NCBI GenBank assembly: GCA_017998555.1
Contig: JAGOCU010000002.1
Span: 1-33,765 of the forward strand
Source: Thermoflexales bacterium
GTDB lineage: Bacteria; Chloroflexota; Anaerolineae; J036; Brachytrichaceae
Length of the DNA: 33,765 nucleotides
Direction: 5' to 3'
Position 1 is the first letter of the stretch, and each line of letters starts with the position of its first letter. Positions 1-5,803 of the stretch are shown piece by piece. The notes under the pieces were generated by a model, which was not told the DNA's origin, did no database searches, and saw only the letters and a list, made by a program, of their open reading frames with translations. The position numbers were made by a program, and so were the translations under genes.

Positions 1-221
1 GGATCACGACCAGCGGGTTGCACACCGGCGAGTGGCATGGCATCCCGGCCACCAACAAGCCGTGGGCCAATGATGGGGTCTACTTCATCCGAATCGCCGA
101 CGGGCGGATTGTGGAACTCGAATCGCTGTTCAACGAGCTGGATCATGTGCGGCAGCTCGGGGCCACGATCACGCCGCCGGAACGCGCACGCGAGAAGGCG
201 GGCAGCGGCGAGATGTTCTGA
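1..221 (+). CDS. SnoaL-like / ester cyclase family protein, C-terminal fragment (5' end lies outside the window)
   Basis: The frame is open from the window edge. The translation ...ITTSGLHTGEWHGIPATNKPWANDGVYFIRIADGRIVELESLFNELDHVRQLG has the pattern typical of the C-terminal half of SnoaL/ester-cyclase proteins (HTGEf.GIPaT.K ... dGkIvE ... QLG). TGA at 219-221. Confidence 0.6.
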   Translation, partial: ITTSGLHTGEWHGIPATNKPWANDGVYFIRIADGRIVELESLFNELDHVRQLGATITPPERAREKAGSGEMF

Positions 222-228
222 GAGGGGT

Positions 229-241
229 GTGCTAGAATCTA
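229..241 (+). promoter_or_regulatory. Candidate extended -10 promoter (TGcTAGAAT) with overlapping 9-bp palindrome TAGAATCTA, for the antitoxin/toxin operon
   Basis: TG at 230-231, one spacer base, then TAGAAT at 233-238, only 10 nt before the ATG at 249. This implies a very short or absent leader. TAGA-A-TCTA (233-241) is a 4-1-4 palindrome and a possible RHH operator. No convincing -35 was seen. Confidence 0.4.
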
Positions 242-248
242 ATACAGC

Positions 249-467
249 ATGCGCACGACGATGACCATCAGCCTGCCGCCGAAGTTGCAGCGCGAGGTTG
301 CCAAAGCGGCCCGGCGGGATCAGATCACGCTGAGCGAATACGTCCGAAAGGCGATCCAGGACAAACTATGGGAGGACGCCTTTGACGCCTCCCGCCGCGC
401 GGCACTGCCGCGCGCCCAGGCGCAGGGAATCTACACCGACGAGGATGTCTTCAAGCTAGTCTCATGA
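249..467 (+). CDS. Ribbon-helix-helix (CopG/Arc-like) antitoxin
   Basis: 72 aa. The N-terminus MTISLPPKLQREVAKAARRDQITLSEYVRKAI fits a beta-strand + helix-turn-helix RHH pattern. The stop overlaps the start of the downstream PIN gene (ATGA at 464-467). Confidence 0.75.
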   Translation: MRTTMTISLPPKLQREVAKAARRDQITLSEYVRKAIQDKLWEDAFDASRRAALPRAQAQGIYTDEDVFKLVS

Positions 468-871
468 GGCTGGTCCTCGATACCAACATCCTCGTGGCCG
501 CCATCGCCGCCGACGGATTGTGCCGCGACTTGGTTCGTCGTCGCGCGCTCGGGCACGCGCTCATCACGTCGGAGTACCTGCTCGCGGAGTTTCTTGAGGT
601 GATGGCGCGGAAGTTCGATCTCAGCGCCGAGGACATCCCGCTCTTTGCCGCATACCGTGACCGGGCCGAGCTCGTTTCGCCTGCGCCGTTGGCGATGCCG
701 GTCTGCGCTGATCCTGACGACGACAACGTGCTGGCTGCGGCGGTTGCCGGTGGAGCGGACGCGATCATCACCGGTGATGCGGATCTCCTGGTTCTTGGCG
801 CTTATGCCGGCGTGCGCATCGTGGCGCCGCGCGCATTTGTTGAGCTGATGGATCGGCCTATGACGGGCTAG
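464..871 (+). CDS. PIN-domain toxin (PIN_3 / TIGR00305-like type II toxin)
   Basis: 135 aa. Shows LVLDTNILV (first acidic residue), SEYLLAEF, PDDDNVLAAAVAGGADAIITGDADLL (the characteristic PIN_3 C-terminal motif). 4-nt overlap with the upstream RHH gene. Confidence 0.8.
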   Translation: MRLVLDTNILVAAIAADGLCRDLVRRRALGHALITSEYLLAEFLEVMARKFDLSAEDIPLFAAYRDRAELVSPAPLAMPVCADPDDDNVLAAAVAGGADAIITGDADLLVLGAYAGVRIVAPRAFVELMDRPMTG

Positions 872-904
872 GAGACAGACTAGGCTTGCGGGTACGCCCG
901 GCTA

Positions 905-981
905 TTCCTGAACCTGGGAGGTAGGCGCATGCTGCCTTATGCAGGCGCGGTTCGTGGGCGCCTACCTCCCAGGTTCAGGAA
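905..981. terminator. Long hairpin (24-bp perfect arms, 29-nt loop) between convergent genes; probable bidirectional terminator
   Basis: TTCCTGAACCTGGGAGGTAGGCGC (905-928) is the exact reverse complement of GCGCCTACCTCCCAGGTTCAGGAA (958-981). The right arm overlaps the last codons and stop of the hydrolase gene. No U-tract. Confidence 0.5.
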
Positions 982-1772
982 CTCCGGGGTTCGGGAGCAT
1001 CCCGCAACCAGGCCTTCAGCATCCGGTAGAAATCCTCGCGCACGCCGCGCTCGCGCCAGGGTGAGTGCCCGCAGCGCGGCCAACTGACGTACTCCAGTCG
1101 AGGCATCCACGTCTTCAGGCTGGCATGGATCATCTGGCCCGGGTGCGGGTCATCGTCGCCGTGCAGCATGAGCGCCGGCGCATCGATCGTGGCGAAGGCG
1201 GCCGGATACACTCCCGCCTCCTGCAAACGCAGCATGTCCTGCCAGGTCTCGGCCCCGCCGCGGGCGTCGGCAGGGGGCGAATCGGCATCGTCCGGAAGGA
1301 CGTCGACGTCGTAGATGCTGTCAAAAAGCGCCCCCTCGGCCGATAGGCGCGCGTCCGGGTCTGCGATCTCGTCCAGATCGGCGAGACGAAGCCGAAATGC
1401 CGCATCCATCCGGGTGTCGAGGCGGGCCCGGAATTCGGCCCGCGCGGCTAGGTCAAAGGTTCCGCAACCGACCAGCGCCAGTGATGAGAGCGTGTCCGGA
1501 TGCGCTGCGGCGTAGGCGAGGGCGAGCATCGCCCCCCACGAGTGGCCGACCAGGGCCGGGCGCGGGTCGCCGCAATCGGCCACGATAGCGCGCAGGTCTT
1601 CGATGTGGCGGGCGACGGTCAAGGGCGCGTCATCGGCCCGGCGCTGATACGGCTCCAGCGCACGAAACTCATCCGCAAGCCCGCGCGCCAGCGACGCGGC
1701 CGAGCCCGGCGCGCCTGGCCCGCCGTGCAGGACGATGACGACCCGGCCGGACGCGCCATAAGTGCGGAGCAT
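975..1772 (-). CDS. Alpha/beta hydrolase (proline iminopeptidase-like, S33-type fold)
   Basis: 265 aa. Shows VVIVLHGGPGAPGS (oxyanion region), the nucleophile elbow GHSWGA, and a C-terminal CGHSPW catalytic His region. Confidence 0.8.
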   Translation of the reverse strand: MLRTYGASGRVVIVLHGGPGAPGSAASLARGLADEFRALEPYQRRADDAPLTVARHIEDLRAIVADCGDPRPALVGHSWGAMLALAYAAAHPDTLSSLALVGCGTFDLAARAEFRARLDTRMDAAFRLRLADLDEIADPDARLSAEGALFDSIYDVDVLPDDADSPPADARGGAETWQDMLRLQEAGVYPAAFATIDAPALMLHGDDDPHPGQMIHASLKTWMPRLEYVSWPRCGHSPWRERGVREDFYRMLKAWLRDAPEPRSS

Positions 1773-1796
1773 GGGGGAATTTTACGCATATTCCAT

Positions 1797-1854
1797 TGTT
1801 GGAGGCGATATCCCCGCCCCGGCGTCCGCCGGGGCGGGGATATCGCCTCCAACA
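1797..1854. repeat. Palindromic element copy A (28-bp stem); family core GGAGGCGATATCCCC...CGGCG-apex-CGCCG
   Basis: 1797-1824 pairs perfectly with 1827-1854. Lies 10 nt past the stop of the regulator gene (minus strand) and upstream of the hydrolase start. Shares sequence with copies at 30507-30557 and 31638-31693. Confidence 0.8.
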
Positions 1855-1863
1855 CAACCTTGA

Positions 1864-4800
1864 CTACAAAGCCCATCCAACCGCGGCTTGCGCCGCGTAT
1901 CGCGCGCGGGCGGCGGCGTCTGGAATGCTCCGGCCGCGCGCCTGCAGCAGGGCCCGCGCCTGCGTCAGCAGCGCGCCCGCGCGTGGATCGCGGTCAGCCC
2001 TGAGCGCCTGCCAGCACGCCCAATACACCGCCGATGGCGCGCAGGCCGCCGTCGCGGCGTCGGCGGCGAGAACGCCCAGGATTTCCTCCGCTCGTGCCCG
2101 CGCTTCAGCCGGGCCGCCCCGTCTGAGCGCGACCTCGACCAGGCCGGCCTGCGGGCCCAACCCGGGCAGAGTCCGGCGCTGGGCGGCATACACCGCGCCG
2201 GCAGAGCGATAACCCGCCTCAGCCTCGTCAAGCTGTCCCAGCGCCTGCAACGCGTCGCCTTCTGCGACCAGAGCGATCGCCCGCAGACTGGCGTTGCCGT
2301 CGGCGTCCGCGATCGTCAGACCCTGTCGGGCCAGCGCCAATGCGGTCTCGTTGTCGCCACGGGCATGGGCGACCTCGCTCAGGTTGCTGGCAAAGCCAGA
2401 CTGGCCATACCGGTCGCCGATGGACCGGGCGATGGTCAAGGCCTCCTCCAGACGGACCCGGGCCAGACCGAGGTCGCCAGTTGCCAGAGCCAGCAGCCCC
2501 AGCTCGCCCAGCACGATCTCGACGTTGGGGGGCAGCCCCAACTGCTTGAGCAGGGCCAGGGACGCCTCGAGTCGCGACCCGGCGGCCCCGAAGTCGCAGC
2601 GCATTCGGGCGACGACGCCCAGGTTACTCAGCAGTTTGCCCTCGAAATGCCGGTCGCCGAGGGTCTGGCACAGGGTCAGGGCCTGCTCATACCAGCCCTC
2701 GCTCTCATCCAACCGGTTGCGCCGGCGGGCCAGCACGCCGAGCGAGGTCAGACCCAGCATCTCGCCATAAGCGTCCTGGATCGCGCGATGACGGGCGAGG
2801 GCCTGCTCGAGGGGCGCCTGGGATGGCGCGTATTCCTCCATCTGCAGGTACATCCAGCCGATTCCCCACAGCGCGTCGCCCTCCAACCGCGCTTCGGCCG
2901 CCTCGCGGGCCAGCCCGAGGGCATGCTGGTATTTCTCCAGCGCCGCGGGGAAGGCTCCGCGCTGATACAGCAGATGGGCCCAGGTCAGATCAGCCTGGAT
3001 CTCGACGCCGCGCTCGCCCAGGGTCTGGGCCAGGGCGGCCGCCTGCTCGGCGCTGGCGATGGCTTCGTCATACAGGCCGAGGTTGCCATCCAGGCTGGCC
3101 AGGGCGGCCAGCAGACGCCCGCGCAGTTTGCGTTGACGGTCGAGCGATTCGGGAAGGCGCTCGAGCGCGCTTAGCGCCCAGCCGCGCCCGGCATGGAAGA
3201 CGTTGCTCCGGTCGATATAGACCAACAACCCGTCCAGCCCGCCGGCAATATCGTCCCAGCGCTCCCGGGCAACCCCACGCTGCCAGGCCGCCGCGAGGTT
3301 GCGCTCGTCCTGGCGCAGCACGGCCACGACGATGCGCGCGTTGACCTGACGCAGCGACTGCTCGTGGCTTTGCCACAGGCGCAGGTAGAAGGCGCTGTGC
3401 CGGTCGGCCGCCTCGGCGAGTTGTGTTTCACCGTTGGTCGAGACGCCCGCGCGCTCGCGCGCAAACTGGCGGACCAGGTCATGCATCACGACGCGCTGGT
3501 CGGATGCGGGCAGGAGCAGGGCCTGGCGGGCAAGGCGATCGAGCGCTTCAGCCGCCTCGCCCAGCACGGCCCGGGCCGCCTCGCGGCTGAACCCGCCCTC
3601 AAAAACGGACAGTTGGGCCAGCAGGGTCTGCTCATCCGGGATCAGCCGGGCCCATGTGTATTCGAGGATGGCCCGCATGCTGCGCTGGCGAGGCGGGATG
3701 TCGCGGCGGGCGCTGGCCAGCAGGTCGAGATTGGATTGCAGCGCGCGCAGGATGTCGGCGCAGGGCAGGCTTGCGGCGTGGGCGGCGGCCAGCTTGATCC
3801 CGAGCGGCAGCCCGCCCACCCAGCGGCAGATGGCGATGACATCGGGGAGTTGTCCCTCCAGGTCAAACGAGCCGCCGGCGCGCGCGGCGCGGTCGGCAAA
3901 CAGGCGCACGCTGTCGGCGGCCGCGGCCGCCTGCGGGTCGTCGGGCACGGGCAGCCCGGAAACTCGAAACACGCTTTCGCTGTTCAGATCGAGGGCGACC
4001 CGCGAGGTCACCAGCACGTGCAGGCGCGCCGCCAGCGGGAGCAGCTCGACCAGGAAATCGACCGCGTCGCCATCAAGATAGCGATCAAAATCATCGAGGA
4101 TCAGCAGGCAGTCCTTGTCCTTCAGCCAGGCCAGGATCTGGGCTGAGAGCGGCTGCCCGCCCTTGAAGGCGAACTGAAAGGCGTTGCCCATGCGCAGGGC
4201 GAGCGCTTCGCGCCCGGGCGGGCCGCCGCCAAACGCCGAATCGGCTAACGGCACAAACCATACACCATCGGCGAAGCACGAAGGGCGGCTTTCCAGCAGG
4301 TTTCGGGCGGCGGCCAGCGCCAGGCGGGTCTTGCCGCTGCCGCCCTCGCCAGTCAGGGTGATCAGGGGATGGGCCGGATCGCGCAGGCGCTGAACCAGCC
4401 GGGCGACCTCGGCCGCCCGGCCGATGAAGGACGTCACTTCGCGGGGAAGGTTGTGGGGCGCCGGCAGAGCCGCAGGCTCTGCCGGCGCAACCCGCCCCGG
4501 CGGGGCCGCGGAGCGCGCAAGGGCAAGCGCGGCGTCGGTATCCGGAGAGGGCGCCACGCCCAGGTCGCGGGCCAGGACCAATTTGCAGGCGTCATACACA
4601 CGTTGGGCAGCGGCCCGATCGCCGTTGGCAAAGTGGAGCTGGATGAGGCGCTGGTAGGCCGGTTCGTTCAAGGCGTCCTGGCTGATCCAGCGCTCGACGG
4701 TCTGAATCGCGGGCGGCAGTTGACGGGCCTCGGCCTGGAGCAGAGAAAGCCGGTCGTAGACCTGATCGAGCTGATGGCGCCAGATCGAACGCTGGGTCTC

Positions 4801-5265
4801 GGCCCATGAGTCGAACTCGGGCGCGTCGGTCAGGGAGAAGCCCTCCAGAAACGGGCCGCGGGCCGCGTGCGCCGCCGAGCCCAGGGCCGAGAGCGTCGCG
4901 GGCGCTTCTCCAGTTCCCCGCGACAGGCTGGCGATGGCTTCGGTGATGACGCTCAAGTCGAGGGCGTAGCGGGCGCTGTGGTCGAAACCAATCCGGTCGC
5001 GTTCCAGGATGAGCGGTACGCCGGCCGGCTGCAGCGCCTCGCGCAAGCGGGCGAGGGTGTTGCGCAGGGCCGATTGGGCAAGGTGCGCGTCGCTCTCGGG
5101 CCACAGAAGTGCTTCCAGCTTCCCGCGCGTGTGCAGGCCGTTCTCGACGACGAGATAAGCGAAGAGGGCCAGGGCCTTGCGCGTGGCGAACTTGAGCGGC
5201 GCGCCGTTATTGGCGACCGTAGGGGCGCCCAGGAGAGAGATGTCGAGCCCGCTCAATTCGTACAT
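1864..5265 (-). CDS. AfsR/SARP-family STAND transcriptional regulator (OmpR-type wHTH + BTAD, NB-ARC-like P-loop ATPase, C-terminal TPR array)
   Basis: N-terminus MYELSGLDISLLGAPTVANNGAPLKFATRKALALFAYLVV...LLWPE (SARP wHTH). Then the BTAD-like helices (WRHQLDQVYDRLSLL..., AYQRLIQLHFANGDRAAAQRVYDACKLVLARDLGVAPSPDT). Walker A GEGGSGKTRLA is encoded near 4324-4350 and LLILDDFD is Walker B-like. The C-terminal ~450 aa are TPR-like (repeated A..Y.QAL.L......). The ORF track extends to 5544, but those extra 93 codons read through a hairpin and are low complexity, so I prefer ATG at 5265. Confidence 0.85.
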   Translation of the reverse strand: MYELSGLDISLLGAPTVANNGAPLKFATRKALALFAYLVVENGLHTRGKLEALLWPESDAHLAQSALRNTLARLREALQPAGVPLILERDRIGFDHSARYALDLSVITEAIASLSRGTGEAPATLSALGSAAHAARGPFLEGFSLTDAPEFDSWAETQRSIWRHQLDQVYDRLSLLQAEARQLPPAIQTVERWISQDALNEPAYQRLIQLHFANGDRAAAQRVYDACKLVLARDLGVAPSPDTDAALALARSAAPPGRVAPAEPAALPAPHNLPREVTSFIGRAAEVARLVQRLRDPAHPLITLTGEGGSGKTRLALAAARNLLESRPSCFADGVWFVPLADSAFGGGPPGREALALRMGNAFQFAFKGGQPLSAQILAWLKDKDCLLILDDFDRYLDGDAVDFLVELLPLAARLHVLVTSRVALDLNSESVFRVSGLPVPDDPQAAAAADSVRLFADRAARAGGSFDLEGQLPDVIAICRWVGGLPLGIKLAAAHAASLPCADILRALQSNLDLLASARRDIPPRQRSMRAILEYTWARLIPDEQTLLAQLSVFEGGFSREAARAVLGEAAEALDRLARQALLLPASDQRVVMHDLVRQFARERAGVSTNGETQLAEAADRHSAFYLRLWQSHEQSLRQVNARIVVAVLRQDERNLAAAWQRGVARERWDDIAGGLDGLLVYIDRSNVFHAGRGWALSALERLPESLDRQRKLRGRLLAALASLDGNLGLYDEAIASAEQAAALAQTLGERGVEIQADLTWAHLLYQRGAFPAALEKYQHALGLAREAAEARLEGDALWGIGWMYLQMEEYAPSQAPLEQALARHRAIQDAYGEMLGLTSLGVLARRRNRLDESEGWYEQALTLCQTLGDRHFEGKLLSNLGVVARMRCDFGAAGSRLEASLALLKQLGLPPNVEIVLGELGLLALATGDLGLARVRLEEALTIARSIGDRYGQSGFASNLSEVAHARGDNETALALARQGLTIADADGNASLRAIALVAEGDALQALGQLDEAEAGYRSAGAVYAAQRRTLPGLGPQAGLVEVALRRGGPAEARARAEEILGVLAADAATAACAPSAVYWACWQALRADRDPRAGALLTQARALLQARGRSIPDAAARARYAAQAAVGWAL

Positions 5266-5283
5266 TCTAGTGCTCGGGCAGCC

Positions 5284-5322
5284 CGGCAGATGGACCCACC
5301 TCCCAGGTGGGTCCATCTGCCG
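5284..5322. repeat. 17-bp perfect hairpin with 5-nt loop, immediately upstream of the regulator start
   Basis: CGGCAGATGGACCCACC (5284-5300) / TCCCA / GGTGGGTCCATCTGCCG (5306-5322). It ends 19 nt before the preferred ATG (5265, minus strand). Shares the 11-mer ACCTCCCAGGT with the hairpin at 905-981. Confidence 0.7.
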
Positions 5323-5375
5323 AGATTTGCCACAGAGATTCGTGGCGTTGGCGACGGCTCGGGTTCGCAGAAGTG

Positions 5376-5419
5376 GATACGGGCCTTGATACGGTCTTGG
5401 TACGCCCGGGGGGTAGGGT
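5376..5419 (+). promoter_or_regulatory. Candidate SARP box: three direct heptamer repeats at 11-12 bp phasing followed by a -10-like hexamer
   Basis: GATACGG (5376-5382), GATACGG (5388-5394), GGTACGC (5399-5405). After an 8-nt spacer (CCGGGGGG) comes TAGGGT (5414-5419). The site lies in the divergent region between the SARP gene and the SH3b/giant operon, ~60 nt upstream of the GTG at 5483. Confidence 0.35.
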
Positions 5420-5482
5420 CTGGCTACGAAATCCTCAGGGACTGCATCCCCGCCCGCCCCTTTTGCCCAAACGACCGTTACG

Positions 5483-5728
5483 GTGACCGACCCGGACGGT
5501 GCGGCGGTGCGTGGCGATCCGTCGATGGAGCAGGCGAACATCATCGGTTCCGCCGACCCCGGCAGCCAGTTTCAAGTGCTCGGCGAGTTTCTCCCCTGTG
5601 AGGGTATCGATCTGAATACCGGCTGCGATAGCTGGGCGCGGATCGTCTATCCCGGCCACGAGCAGGCTTGGATCTGTCTCGGATCCGGCACGGCCGTCTA
5701 TGGGCGGTTGGATTACCCCAATGAATGA
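5483..5728 (+). CDS. Small SH3b-like domain protein (81 aa, GTG start, no signal peptide)
   Basis: AAVRGDPSMEQANIIGSADPGSQFQVLGEF....WARIVYPGHEQAWICLG resembles a bacterial SH3 (SH3_3) pattern (vR..Ps....vig.l..G..v.vl.....W.ki...g..GWv). Third-position GC is coding-like. Start choice and function are uncertain. Confidence 0.5.
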   Translation: MTDPDGAAVRGDPSMEQANIIGSADPGSQFQVLGEFLPCEGIDLNTGCDSWARIVYPGHEQAWICLGSGTAVYGRLDYPNE

Positions 5729-5741
5729 CTTCGCGGTTCTT

Positions 5742-5784
5742 GGGGATCGACATCCATCGGCGAAGCCGATGGATGTCGATCCCC
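5742..5784. repeat. Palindromic element copy E (20-bp perfect stem, GAA triloop) in the 75-nt gap before the giant gene
   Basis: GGGGATCGACATCCATCGGC (5742-5761) / GAA / GCCGATGGATGTCGATCCCC (5765-5784). The apex CGGCGAAGCCG is identical to that of copy B (30507-30557). Confidence 0.8.
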
Positions 5785-5803
5785 ATGTCTGTTGGTAAAA
5801 CGC

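Noticed and set aside
1773-1796. TAAAAT hexamer 6 nt upstream of the hydrolase ATG (minus strand) as a leaderless-mRNA promoter.
   Set aside because: The spacing fits a leaderless transcript. However, no acceptable -35 or TG extension is present and the hexamer abuts the palindromic element, so the evidence is too thin to report as a feature.
5266-5544. N-terminal 93-codon extension of the regulator ORF (track start at 5544).
   Set aside because: The extension reads straight through the 5284-5322 hairpin (translated MDPPGRWVHLPG) and is low-complexity. It also overlaps the divergent SH3b ORF and the candidate promoter region. SARP proteins normally begin right at the wHTH (MYELSGLDISLLGAP...), so ATG 5265 is preferred.
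5792-5803. TTG start of the giant ORF given by the ORF track.
   Set aside because: An ATG four codons downstream (5804) yields a canonical n-region plus hydrophobic core (MRKQRLLIPVLILVAAG...). The TTG lies only 8 nt after the hairpin stem. Either is possible, but ATG is the more parsimonious choice.
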